Assembly: GCA_002633005.1 (NCBI GenBank)
Contig: NMRA01000118.1
Span: 868,707-932,706 of the forward strand
DNA length: 64,000 nt
Source: Phoronis australis
Taxonomy: Eukaryota > Animalia > Phoronida
Direction: 5' to 3'
The notes beneath the pieces are model-generated. The model made no database searches, was not told where the DNA came from, and saw only the letters and a list, made by a program, of their open reading frames with translations. The first letter of the stretch is position 1. Every line of letters starts with the position of its first letter. The position numbers were made by a program, and so were the translations under genes. Shown piece after piece: positions 50,759 to 64,000 of the stretch.

Positions 50759-53700
50759 ATGTACCGACCGTCGATAGTTGTGCTTGTCGCTGTCACTGCG
50801 GCAATTGCAGCCAAAGGTGAGGATGACACGAAGAAAAGCGGTGATCATGTTTTCTTGAATCAGTGTTGAGTCGTGTCAAGTTTACTCAGGACATTGCCTG
50901 GACGGTGCACCATAGGGGGCTGGGGGTTATAGCCCCCCTTCCCACTTTTTTCAGTGCTCCGGTGCCCATGGTCTGTGGGCGGTGCACCACAGGGGGGCTA
51001 CAGCCCCACTTTTTTCAGTGCTGCGCCGCCCATGCGTTGACACACATCAGCCGCTGTCTGACATAGTAAGGTGAATCCAATGCGGAGACTAGAATACTTA
51101 TATTTTTCCAGCGAAGTCCAGGAAGCAGTTGTGACAACTTGCATGCAATATAAAACACTTTTAGACCTAGTTATATTGCAAAGTGAATTATAATAATATG
51201 CTCACTTAATTGCCTTACGCGTAAATTTTTAAAACTACGGTGTTCATGTTCAGTCAAAGACGTTTTCTGCTCTTGTCTTCCTAGCTGTATACTTTTCCTT
51301 GAGGCTTTAGTATATTTTAACATTTTTAAGCACCGCTGTTGCATACAGACGGCAAAGACGTTGTGCAGGACGAGTACCTCGTTATCTACAAAAGAAACGC
51401 CACCGACTACGAAGGTAAGCGTTGACAGATTTAGTGTCATCTGTTTAAACACCGCGACTTTTATATGAAGAATGGTCCAAAAAAGGTCTGCATGCGTATG
51501 CCCACCATATAGTTCATGTCAGGAGTGCACTCTGAAACGCTAGATTCTCGCGAAAGTTCGAACGCGTGCTTTTGCTTGTGATGCATGACGATTTCTCGCG
51601 TAAACTTGAATGAACTCGCCAAACGGGTAAAATATAGCATCACGGAACGTAGCTCAGGACCCGGTCTGTAATCTTTGTACTCGAAACGAACTCGAAACTA
51701 TTTTTGGCAATTTATCTGCTCCTTTTGTGCGAACTTAAGAAAATTGGTTATCAGACTGTGCTCGAATACATTATAGTTTATGCATAGGAGTTTCTAGTTC
51801 AAGTTTTCCCTTGAAGACCCTTATATTCGTGCTACAAACTCGAGTAAAAACTCGAAATTTCGAGTCCAAACTCGAACTTATTGCTTTAATATTGGGTTTA
51901 CAAACTGTGAGCTAAGGGCAATATATTATCTGCGTACGTTATTGTGTACTCGAGCATAGCATAATAGACACTTATCTTGAGTTCGCCCAAAAGTAGAGTA
52001 GAAAATGCCAAACCAAATTTCGAGTTCCATTTCGAGTAAAAAGATTGGATACTGGGCCCTGATTTCTTTAATTTAATGCTGATTCGGATGTTATTCCACT
52101 GAATATTGTGTTGTTCTAAGAACGCAGGAACACTTGACGATGGCCGGAGAATAGACCGACCGAAACGTTGTGAAAATAGAAAAGAGGTCGGTGAAAATAG
52201 ACCAAGAGATTTTGAATAATAGTTGTATAGCGCCACCACCTCAAAGCGGTTTTAGAAGTCATTACTTTTTGAATCATCACATTCAGCAAAACAAACGCTG
52301 TGATTAAACATGAATAACAACCTTGATAAGACTGCGTTATCTCTCAAGCCGTACATCGTTTTCACGACCTTCATTCTTTTTCTGTCATAAGTCGTGAAGA
52401 TAATACTGAGTAGCTTTGCATCACAAAACGATGCTTTAGCTCGTTCCCGTACGCATGTACTCATGCAATCAATTGAGCCATATGAAGGGCCCCGTTGGTA
52501 ACTACTGTATATTACTCCAAATGTGTAAGAGTGCTTCTTGGTCAATTAACATATACTAGAATTTATTTTTGGTGTATAAGTGATTACGCTTCGAAATTGA
52601 ATCAGATTGTGCACACAAATTATATTTTGCAGGGTTTCTTTTAATAACTAGATCTCAGTAATAGTCTTTTCGAGTTGTGTGACGTCACAAATCTAAGAGA
52701 CTGATGTGGCTTTAATGTATGGTACAAGAGCTTTACTCGTATGTTAATTTTGACCACTTTTGTGATACATGTATATTCGAATAAAATGCATCGCTAAATG
52801 AGCAATTTCCACAAATGTTCCTGTGGGAGGGCTTTTTGTTTTTATGAACTAGGGTTATGAACATATCCTGTCATCACCTCCACCAGGTAGCGCTGAAAGT
52901 ATGAAATAATTTAAAGTGTTTGTCAAATGCAGCAATTTTAAAATTTTTGCGTATTAGTTTTACATTTTGCACAGTGAAGTCAACATTTTTAGGCCCTGGG
53001 GATAATCAAAACAAATTTTAGTCTGCAAGTCCGACTTCGTTGGTAAAAGTACACGTAACTTTAAATTGATCTCAAGCGTGAACTTCTGCACACCCGTTTC
53101 ATTATGAAACATGCGCGTACCCAGCCTAAGATATAGAGGGGCTCGAACTTTGTGAGAGCGGACCTTTTACTGGAAAAATTTATTGAGGACTAAAAAAACG
53201 GGGCCACTAACTGGGTTCAGGCTCTCGAAATGTGCGTCCTTGCCGAATTCCTGTGGACTTATGTCTCGTTTGCTCGGACATTTTGTTTCGTTGAGGCATA
53301 TCTTTTTGCCCAATTCGCTAAATGGGGGCGCCCATGTGAAAGGAATGAAGATACTCGATTTCGGTGTTTATGTTTCATTCTATAAACACGACTCCCAAGC
53401 TTGTGCCATTTAGACTCGTAACGTGTCTGTAAGTACATTGTAAGTATTTACAGACACGGGCCAGGGACACAAGTAAAACTTCACGGCCTGCCCTACGTTT
53501 TGCAAAACAAAGTGTTACCTGTAGTACATGTACCAGTAGTACCTGTAGTCAAATATAGCAAACCATTATTCACGTGTACTTTCTACCATGAAATGCTCAC
53601 TTCACGTTGTATTTATCGACATCCGTGTGTTTTCGGCCAAAATCCCAGAGCAGGGACCATGAACTCGTAGAGGGCTTCACCGCTCATTTACTGAGACTAA

Positions 53701-56700
53701 TTTGCATAAACATAAGGTCAAGAGGTACTCAACAATCCCATTTTCTGTTGTGGATTTTAAGTCTGAGTGGCGTTATTAAGTGCCAGATTTCCGTTTTGAG
53801 ACTGCGAATGATTTGTGACGGTCAGGTGAGTACAACAGAGGATGTTTTTCATTTAAAATCCAGGCCCTTTTACGTCAAAATCTCATAATTTTAGACTCTA
53901 AACGGATACTAATGCCGAAACGTAAGAGTGGTCGTAAGTCTCCTTAAAAACTGAATGATTGGAAAATTGCAAATTTCTTCATTGTTTAACAAATCTGTTA
54001 AACGCCAAATAGGACTTGTGAAAACTAGTGTCTTCTTATGTTCGACATATTTTTCTCATACTCGTATACATGGTGTGTCTTAACACGGTTACTTCATGTA
54101 CTTGCATGTGCAGTAATTGTATAGGATTCAGCATTTCTGCTTATTTGCATTTTCAGTCGCTAAACACCAAAGCTCTCTTTTTCGATATGATGAGAAATTT
54201 GCCAAGAAGAATTCCTGGAAACTGGGCTCATTTCAAGGCTACGCTATCCGCTGTTCCTCTGCGTAAGAAACATTTGTTTCAACCACGAAATAATATCGAT
54301 GCAACGTGATTTTCAAACCATCCGTTTTTGTCATTGTCTTGTCTCAGGAAAATTTACAGGCAATGGTTTTAATGAACTATTTGAAGTCAGACGCTGCTTG
54401 CAACTACATGTATCTTCAAATTCGTTGCGAATTGAAACTGTCCTTTCAAAAGTTGTAAAGAACATATGTTTTTTTAAACACGAATGTTAGGCAGGGTGAT
54501 ACTAAGTTCATCTATGCACAGTGATGCCGTTCGCGTGTTTTAATGTCCTACAACTAAATGTTTGTTTAACTCACTGACTAGTACTTGATTTGACACGTTC
54601 CGAGGGATCAACTATACCTCAAAATACGGACTGAGTTCGACTTGATGTAATACCGTGCTGGCATGTCGTGCAGACTTGTGATGGACATCACCCTATTTCT
54701 AGGAACTGCGCGAAAGGTCTTGTTTGAGACCAGTTACGACATATCCGCCGAATTAAATCCCTTAAAGATATCACGAAATTTCAGACAGTTTGATGGAAAC
54801 CTGTGGCTTATTTTAACCTTATCGAACACTTTTTTGGTTTTCTCTCGGGGAAAACCTCAATTAGAACCATAATGCATTCTGACGTTGTCAGAGGGTGCAG
54901 CGCCCTCTATATCATCAACAGCTTCATTACTTTGTAGTACACTGGAACTTTTGTTCCTTGCAGTATGATCGAGAAGATCAGAGATGATCCCCTGGTGCGC
55001 TATGTTGAACAGAACCAGGTGTATAAGGCAAACCAAGCAAGGTGTAAACAACAGAGAGAAGCCACGTGGGTAAGGTTCGACCATATTGTTTCTACAATCT
55101 GTGTTTCGCCATGGGCGCGCACATGTGTAGGTCTATACGTCTGATGAGCTATTGTTACCGCGAGACATGGCTAGCGTTCAGTAACCATAGGACCTCGCTA
55201 AAGAGCAAGACTTCGCGAGATTACGAGAGATATTACCATGTATTTGGAATGAAAACACGTGATTTTGGCTAAATTTTAACGAGGTCCCAACGTAGGTCCT
55301 AGGGCTACTGAACTCAAAACCCGATGTAGCACCAGCAGAGCACATAGCGGGCCCGTGCCATACTTGTACGTTAGCAACTTGAATCCGTCATACGGGCTCC
55401 TTGCTCTGTGGATTGGTCCGTATGGTCCATTTAAATAGGCAGGTAGGAAACTGAGGAACATGGAGTCTTTTATACTGGCATAGACTTTGAAGACACGTGA
55501 CTGTAATATTCGTGGTTGACCGCTTTAGGAAAATGTCCTCAGCTTACAAGGGTTCTTCGAAACATACGTTATCGTCGTAAATAAGTAATACATGCGATTT
55601 GTACACCATCGATTGCATCAACAGCAATGTCTACACATACTGAGTAATTATTCTGCTTCAATAGCACAAACACCTACACTGTAATGTATCATTTCGTATA
55701 CAACTTTTGCGTTCCTTGTCTGCACGATCCAATTGTTTTGAACGATTTCGAAACGATTTTTAGTTCGAAACTACTTATCGGAGCACACTTCTACACACTC
55801 TGCGATCGAAGTGTAAACGCAAGCTACTGTATGTTAGGTTTCATTTAGAGATTCCGTCGACTTTTTAATGGCAAAACAGTCTTCTGACACCAACCTTCAA
55901 AGTACCTGATGTCAGAGTTCACGTGTAGTTGAGAAAGTTGTTCGATAGAGGCGTTATCTACGAGTAAAATGCGACTTCCATACGACGTCATTTGGCATGA
56001 GACAGGAGTCAGTCGAAAACATATCGACAAAATGGACTGAAAAGTATTCCCGATACAAATTAAGAGGGCTCCAAAACTCGTTTATCTTATGCGTTTGACT
56101 TTTCTTAAATTTTCAGGGAATTGTTCGAACAAACGAGCGACAACTCAATCTTGACGGGTTATATGACTACAAAGGTAAGCCTTGGAAGAGTGTTGCAAAT
56201 CTAATGACGGTGTGTTTTGTTAGAACTCTTGTAATAACAACGTTGGTAACAACAGCTTCAGTTGACAACGTTAGCGATAAAAAAGTTGATGTCGTTTGAA
56301 AGTGTAAGTGGTGCTTTATTGTTTCAGCAACCGCCGGCGAGGGCGTGGACGTATATGTGATTGACACGTAAGTTGAAACTGATTGTGCGACAGAATCCCG
56401 CCCTAAAATATTGGCCTTTGGGACTTTGCGTAGGCTCTACAGCTACACATGTCAGGCCAAGACTTTCTACAGAAGACATTGTGGACGGAAATGCTAAACC
56501 AATAGAGAAGTCAAATCTGGAGCAGATTAAAGAGACATGTACCGCGAAATTCGTAAAATAATATCCTTTAAAACAGAATGTGGCGAATCTATTACTTGAG
56601 GATGTTAACGTGAGACTTCACTTTAAATTGGCAGATTTCTAGAAAAAAATCATGAGATTGACTGATTTTGAAACACCAACGAAATATTAACTCTTTCATC

Positions 56701-59700
56701 TAACTACAGTTTTCAAATTCTCCACCCCTAATATTACATATGTGCGTTTGCGCTCAAAGGTCATATTTTCCATATTAGGGAAATATGCTACATCTTTGCC
56801 TTGCCATACCAAATAAGAAGAGTTAGCTTGCTTTGTAGCAAAAATTCGACGAAGTGACGACAGATCGTTTTCTTATTAATTTGAAGCTAAATGAAAATGT
56901 TTAGACACCAACAGAAATGATTAAGAACAAACCGTAAAAATATCTGGTGAATAGTTTGATTTCTGTTTCGGTGGAGAGAACCAATTTGAATAACACAGTT
57001 ATTTTCTTTTTCGCGTTCTATGTCTCTTTGCATTATTCGGACGTGGAACTTACTTCAGTTTTTTCAACGTTTTTACACCGTATTGGGAAAATCGAAACAA
57101 CTTGTGACCATTCCGTCAGGGAAGCACTGCTTTTATATCACAGCTAGTGATCATGTTTACAGGCGTTTCATAATCATAATTTTTGCAATATTTATATTTT
57201 GGCTCATCATCATTTAATTGGCTTTTCTGGATTGTGTTCAGTGGCGGATCTACCTTTTCAGTACGGGGGGGTTTAGAATTCCCGCAAAGGTCGATTCCTA
57301 GGCGCGTGTCGCCGAGCGGGGGGAAGGGTTNACGTTTTTACACCGTATTGGGAAAATCGAAACAACTTGTGACCATTCCGTCAGGGAAGCACTGCTTTTA
57401 TATCACATCTAGTGATCATGTTTACAGGCGTTTCATAATCATAATTTCTGCAATATTTATATTTTGGCTCATCATCATTTAATTGGCTTTTCTGGATTGT
57501 GTTCAGTGGCGGATCTACCTTTTCAGTACGGGGGGGTTTAGAATTCCCGCAAAGGTCGATTCCTAGGCGCGTGTCGCCGAGCGGGGGGAAGGTTCCCCCC
57601 TCCGTGTAAAACATTTTTTTTGTTTTTATAGCCAAATAGTGAAATTTCCATGCATCCTGGTAAGTTTCTGGCACTTAACATGTCTATGGAGTTTTTCTTA
57701 AGATAATTTAAAACCCTTCTCGATTTCGTCACATGAACTTGGTTCATACGTTTCGTGAAACCACATTCTGCACATCTGGGTATGAGTCACGCCACCAGCA
57801 AAAATTTTTGTTGGGACATCTGCTTACACACACCACCTTTTTAGCATACGAAAAGTGTGGTGTGTATACAGGGGCTTAGACAACTTCCAAATATTCAAGA
57901 GCATAAGGAACACCGACGGGGCTTAAAAACCTGAATATCAGATGATCGCGTAACAACAGCCTCAAGTTGTTTAAGAACGAAGACCTGTACTCTTAGTCTG
58001 GAAATAAACATGTGTTCTGTCTCGTTACGAGAAAAACTGGCGAACGATGGTGCTCTCAGCTCATAGTCTATTATTAAAAGCGACAATAAATAATTAAGTA
58101 TCACTTTATTAAGCTGAATCACGATGACAACAATTGAAAAACGTCAAATGTATCAGGAAACAAATCATCTGAAAACAGGTTCACGAAACCAAAACATCCT
58201 GTGCACAGTGGTGAAAAGATATACTGGACCAGCTTGCAGAGGGACCAGATGTACACTGAGTACACAAAACGGCTGACCTGGTCCGTCACGAGACCAACAG
58301 TACACCTGTGCTTATTATCCCTATAAAAATAGTCGATCTGTCGCGGGACCTAACAGTACTGACTGAGATAAATAGTTTTACAAAGCACACTTTGGTAAAA
58401 AAAATCACAAGACTAGTTTGCCGATGGACCAGAAGTAAATTGAAACTCAATATCTATACAAATCAAGCTGGCCTGGTCCGTCGCGAGACCTAAAGTGTAC
58501 TATGCAAAAAATTTGAATTGAAAACTTCTCCCTAGACTCTTTTTAATCCCCAGTGGTTACTCATACGTTAGTCCTATCCTTCTGTTGTCTAGACTGGTTA
58601 GGAATCTGTATATCGGATCCAATGGTTTGCTCGTCTTGGAACCATTCTACCCAGATATCTTCGATGTTTGTTCCCAACGCTTGCACTTCGTCAACTGCTG
58701 TGTCAATGAGCTTGTAAGCCTCTACAATGTCAGCATCTCGTTTCGCAGCTCAGTTGGCACTAAGACCCTTGAGGTTGCCAAGTACATTCAAAAGACTTTC
58801 ATGCGCAACTAAATTTGATCTGTTCAAACCTTGACGATATATCCCAGGACCTATTTGCATCTCTTGCAATTTTCGAAATGAACGTTCCAATGTCTGAACG
58901 CTTGAAACCCGAAATACTAAAATCAAATAAATGCCCATGGGCATGAGCGTTTCATCGGGTGGGCCTTTGTTAGGAAATTCCCAGTATAGAAGACGGTAGT
59001 GCGCTTATTTCAAGTAAAAAGACGGTAGCTGTTGAGGTCGGAACTAGGGCTCCTTAGAAAGCCTATTGAACATCGCACGAGTCACGCAAGACTTTGTTGT
59101 GAAAGAGCAGCCTCCTCGCAATTTCTGGTACTGTACACTGTTCGCGAATGCGGTCACTTTTTCAGTATGAGTGCCCCCTTGGTCATTCCTTGTATAGACA
59201 TAACTTGTTAGAGTGTATCATCAAACTCACTCTCGACCAGACCACGGCGTCCGCCACAATAGCATTTCTTCGGAAAAGAATTTTTTTCAAAAATATTACA
59301 TGTACATGTACACCGTATGATATTGCGCAAAACAACTTTACTATACACCAGTCAAATTCGAGTTACAAACGTGTGGAGTGTAATAGAATGACACGGCATG
59401 ACAGATGAGGTAAAAACCTTTCGCGTCAATTCGCCTGAATATCAGGGTTGCGGCACCACAGTATATCCGCTAATCAAATCAAAACATATCTTAGAATAAA
59501 GAAGCTAGTTACTTAAAGAAATCAACTATAGAACTGCTCTTTCAGCGGTGGTTCCATCTGAAATGCTTGGCTACTTCAGAAATGTCGACGGAAGCGCGCG
59601 CACAATTGATCTCCGGCGTTTTGCCGATGAGCCATGAAGACTCAGCAACTCACAATGCAAAAAAATTGATTTTCAGAGTGAACCTCCCCCCTCAATTTGG

Positions 59701-62700
59701 TTTACTTGGAGTTTACACACGCTGGNTCGTAATTATTCCTAATTCTATTTTAGAGGGGTCTATCTTGAACACGTTGAGTTCGGAGGACGGGCAGCGTGGG
59801 TAAGAGCATGGCCGAAATCCTGTCAGATACACTGTACTAAACATATGTGACCCGTTCTGTGCCAACGCGTTGCGTTTCTGATTATCCTTCTCCTTATCTT
59901 CCACCCTTGTCGTTTTATTCTTCTGCTGGTCTGTTCTTCCTCTTTGTCTTCTTCATATTCCTCTTATGTTTTTCTTCTCGTTTCATTTTCATTGTTTAGC
60001 TCTACTTCTAATACACGCAGCTGCCTCTAGACGAATACACCGAGTCGTTGACGCTATCAAATCCGGACGTGCTTTATGCACGGGTTGGCCGCATGAATTC
60101 GATGTCCAGTAGGTCATATTGTAAATTGTCGTAGCAATCTTTAGCCTGGTTTTGTCTCAATGCGGGGACATATTAGAATTTACGTTGAACCCAGACTGTA
60201 CCTGAATGTTTCTAAACACGGCGATAAAATTGTTTTTTTTTGTTGATATTTTAATAGCTACGTGAATGAGCAAACGAATTTTGATTTAAAAATGTCTCCG
60301 TAATGTGCGAATTTTCTTTTCAGGGAATTGACACCGTCGATACGCCATCACCTCAAAGTGACCTTAACGGGCACGGCACCCATGTAGCTGGCACCATAGC
60401 TGGTTCCAACTACGGATTGGCCAAGTCAGCGTCCATTATTGCCGTCCGCGTGTTGGACGCAGGGGGTTCTGGACTCACAAGGTAATTTCCACGAAGCTTG
60501 CTTGTTACTGTATGTACCTAGGTTAACCTGAGATCGATAATTTAAGAAAGCGATCTCAGAAACACATCAGTAAGCGTACACCTAACTTCGAAATATAGAT
60601 AATCCAGTAGTTTTACTTGTGAAATTAGAGTCATGCCAGTTCTACGCTGGACAATTCTCCGTTTTACGGACAGAGAGCAAAAAATATTATGTACGTCCTC
60701 ATTTGTGAGAAATGTCCCAACCCCGGCAGACGAAATACACATGTTCCACTCCACAAGTGGCAAGAAGAGAATTAGGTACTTGCACGATGCTCACACGTAC
60801 ATTGTATGGCAAAACTACTCTCGAGTTTCAGTGAATTTACGCATCGCTAGTGTTTTGCGGGTTTTCTGGAGATTAATACTGACTTAAACTACAATGCCCA
60901 CAGCTGAAGTGATCGGTTAGATATGCCGGAATTGTAAACCCTTTGCGATAAAACTTAAAAATTAGATTCCATATACCAAGAAGTGCATCTCGTTTGCTCA
61001 GCGTTACGGAAAGCGCCTTGGGTTATGAGTTGAAGATGTCACCGCCACAGTTTGATTGTGGATTTTTCAAATGCAATACATGTACCAGTAGACATGAAGC
61101 AAGAAAAAAAACAGTGCATGTTCCTATCTGCACATCTAATTTTAATCGCTGGCCAAAATCAAACGATTAGCTATGGTTCTAATCACGCAGGCGATAAAGA
61201 ACCATTTATTTCTATTTTGCCGAAGAATTATTTTTCTTTGTCTAAAACCAAAAGCAGTAGTTTTAAAATGTCATTACTGTGAAGCGACGAAATTCGACGA
61301 GGTTTCAAAGCCTAAAACGGCGACAAAAATCCATTTCTTTTCGACTAGAACACGGAAAATTCTCAACGCAATCTCGGCAGGTGTGTGCACGTTGTCGAAA
61401 CTGCGACATGTTTCCATTTATAAAAAACAAAAACAAACAGCTGCAAGGCGCTATAACGTCACTGTAAACTCCGACAAATGTTCAACAAAATTGATATTTA
61501 GTTGCAACTAAAGTATGTCTTGATTAATTTGCCAAGTGCAGTAGGTCTGGAAAGAAGTTCGTCCAAGCTGGTTGACGTGTGCCTCCTTAATTTCGTGTAT
61601 TTTTGTAGCAAAGTTGAACGAGCCCAAAAAGTGGAAGTGAAAATATAAAATATTATACTTAGATGCACCGTCCTACAAAAATAAAAAATACCGCCCATCT
61701 CATTTCGCAACTGTGACGAAAACGCGAGGGAAAATATTGGATGAAATGAGTAAGCCAAAAATCACCGAAATTGTGTTTTGACCCATGTTATCAAAGGAGA
61801 CAAATGTCTGGGTATTCCTTCTATTGTAGCGGTGTGGTCGAAGGCATGACATGGACCGCAAATGCACACTCGAAAAAGAAGAATGCAAAGTCTGTTGCCA
61901 AGTAAGAATTTTATTTGAAGTTGTTCTCGTTATTATCATTTAAATAACTCTCTCCATGTCAAGAAGTGTACTATGACACTTACCTCAAAACCCAACTACT
62001 GCCTTATGGTTTGGTAAGTGGCCCAATTGCGTTGCACACCCAGCGAATTAATGACGAACACGCATGTAATATGGCAACAACATGCAAACGTTTTCAGTTG
62101 TAAAAGTCACATTTCTTGCCCTATTTTCGAAATTCAAAGAGCTGATCACCTGTACTTTTCACAAGCTATTCAATTATGCTACTTAAATATTTTAAAAACG
62201 AAAATTGAAAAAAAACATACTACTGTCGCCCCTAGTAATGGGTTTGATTATCTAGAGAACGATAACATCGGCAGCCTAAGGCAGTGTAGTTAACTCTAAC
62301 AACATGGTGTCTGTGATCAATGCCGGCAGATTTCGAGGTACGCAAACCGGTCGAGTTGTAAAATCTCAACCAGTGAAAGTGCCAACGTAGGATTTTTTTC
62401 GCGTTAGTTTCCACTTTCAAATCCCAACGAAATCAATACACGAATACCCTTTCATAGGAGACTAATGTAGCTTTTGTGCAATCACGTGATCGTCACTCCT
62501 GTTTTCAGTATGTCGCTAGGCGGCGGGAAATCGACCGCTATGGAGGAAGCCATCAAGGAAGGTGTCACTGCGGTAGGTGTCCATCACGTAGAAATTCGCG
62601 AAACTGTATTCGCTCTCCTCTACGAGACTTCAACTGGTCGTTATCAATTTCCATGCAATCGGTTTTACGAGAAAATTCCGCGACATATAAATGCATCACT

Positions 62701-63575
62701 TGTTGAGGGAGTTATCGAGAAATGAGAAATATCAATTCCCTTCATAATTAATATAGTTGTTAGGAAGGTGAAAATGGAGGTAAAGAAGCTGGCTATAGGT
62801 CAAATGCACGGTCCGTAGGAAGGTATGAATAGCCGTGGGGTACGTGTCCCCCATTTTCTCATTTTTACTAATATTTCTCTCGTACAATAGGAATGTTCTT
62901 GAATGAGATTAGTTCCTTGGACTCACGTTTTGGCGGGTCATGTCAACGCAGCTATTTTCAGTTGAAGCCTTTTACGATAGGGTATTTTACGTTTTAATAG
63001 TCCATTCCACGTAACGAGTCTCATTGACATCATGTGGGGATGAGGGAAACCGGCCAGAGTTGGATATTACCACATTTGAGTGGTTGCGAGGAATACCCCG
63101 ACGGACATGAAAAATATCACCGAAACATATCGAATTTCCCTCTGACGAATTAATCTGCAGTTAGCGCATGGTTTTGAAGAGGCCTATTGTGAAATCGTTC
63201 ATTCAATTATTCCGATTAGAGTTGGTACCTGAGCAAAGTTGCAAAAACACATTCAAAGGGCATAGGCACACTTCGGGATGCCCAGGGCGACTGAACCCCC
63301 TGACGGACGCGACTAGAACTGAGCATACCGTTTTTAGGCCGGCAGTGTGGAGTAACCATTTCACACGTGTCTTAGTATAGACCATAGACTTATTTGTCCG
63401 TTTAATTGCGTTTTCAAAATTGTAATACATTATTCGATATAAACATGTCGATATAAACCATCAAAACTGGTTAAAGTTAACTAATAACATTTTGACAGGG
63501 TGTTGTCTTTGTGGTGGCATCAGGCAACTCCGGTTATGACGCGTGCCAGTATTCTCCAGCCAGTGCACCCGAAGC
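50759..63575 (+). CDS. Secreted proteinase K/aqualysin-like subtilisin (S8A) with signal peptide and I9 propeptide, 3'-partial. Exons: 50759-50816, 51331-51414, 54157-54262, 54964-55069, 56117-56174, 56328-56367, 59754-59799, 60324-60481, 61830-61901, 62509-62572, 63499-63575
   Basis: Phase-consistent GT-AG joins. Signal peptide [19 protein letters not shown]; I9 propeptide ([27 protein letters not shown]); mature region [24 protein letters not shown] (catalytic Asp), [23 protein letters not shown] (catalytic His), VANMSLGG, VVASGN (oxyanion Asn), [13 protein letters not shown]. The exon 2 acceptor could be AAG (exon start 51331) or an in-phase CAG (exon start 51349). Confidence 0.94.
50897..51034. 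mobile_element. G-rich mini-MITE dimer, same family as 12556-12707, in protease intron 1
   Basis: Two GGTGCACCA-GGGGGCT...TTTTTTCAGTGCT..GCCCATG units. Confidence 0.6.
52131..52172 (+). ncRNA. Putative degenerate minimal hammerhead ribozyme (Penelope pLTR type)
   Basis: CAC-UUGACGA-U-GGCCGG(agaauaga)CCGACC-GAAA-CGU-U-GUG: a core variant, stem II with one mismatch, palindromic AACGUU and a 3-bp stem I. Confidence 0.4.
57505..57920 (+). mobile_element. hAT-like non-autonomous element end (CAGTGGCGGATC terminus), in a protease intron
   Basis: Homologous and inverted relative to 49847-50262. Confidence 0.65.
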
Positions 63576-64000
63576 GTAAGTCATGAATTCTCATTTTTCG
63601 TGTGTTTGTAAGATGAGACATTAAGCATCGGTTTTATTGTAGTTGGAGTTAAAAGTTCCATTGTCGACCTTTTAACATAAATCCTTTTGAAAATCCCAAA
63701 TTTACAAAAATATACAGTCGTAGTGTTTACAATTGTACATACCGCCTTTTCTCGAATGCGTTCCAGCCGCCCGCTGTTTGAAGCCCTTTATTGGCGAATT
63801 TCGATCAAACACTACAGGTCTGCATGGGAAATTCTCACCATATCCTAATTAAAACAAGAAGTCGAGAACCTATGACAATTTTGGGTAACAACTTGGCAGA
63901 ATGGACAAGTATTATTTTTACTCAACATCCGGGTTCCGCAATCTTCAAATTTTGGCCAAAACTTGATACCAATTTAGTTGCTCCATAGTGTCATTTTAGG

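Noticed and set aside
53787-53825. CAG|GTGAGT donor as an extra protease exon
   Set aside because: Exons 51331-51414 and 54157-54262 join in phase without it, and the phase-compatible frame contains a stop.
57068-57594. ~263-bp near-perfect tandem duplication
   Set aside because: The junction is exactly the single N at 57331, so it is most likely an unmerged contig or haplotype overlap.
49847-57920. Inverted hAT-like repeats as a composite transposon capturing protease exons 1-6
   Set aside because: The recognisable termini abut the gene side rather than enclosing it, there is no TSD, and the gene continues normally beyond; these look like independent insertions.

Overview
Eukaryotic genomic DNA from a repeat-rich animal, probably a marine invertebrate, in a draft assembly with N-gaps. 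There are no prokaryotic features. I rebuilt three spliced genes by hand using GT-AG junctions and intron phase. (1) Plastin/fimbrin on the minus strand: 8 coding exons at 18233->1600, an 11.7-kb first intron, and a 3' end that runs off the window. (2) A complete 7-exon, 440-aa DRAM/TMEM150 (Frag1/DRAM/Sfk1) family gene on the minus strand, 41545->28143, with an unusually long Lys/Ser-rich C-tail. (3) A secreted proteinase-K-like S8A subtilisin on the plus strand: 11 short exons at 50759->63575, with the catalytic Ser beyond the window. Introns and intergenic DNA hold HINE/Helentron-type elements (including a three-deep self-nested stack), two Kolobok-type TTAA elements (one a foldback of two left ends), Penelope and RTE fragments, a THAP remnant, MITEs, a tRNA look-alike and a Penelope-type minimal hammerhead. 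I see no clear wholly new system; the best leads are ranked under findings.
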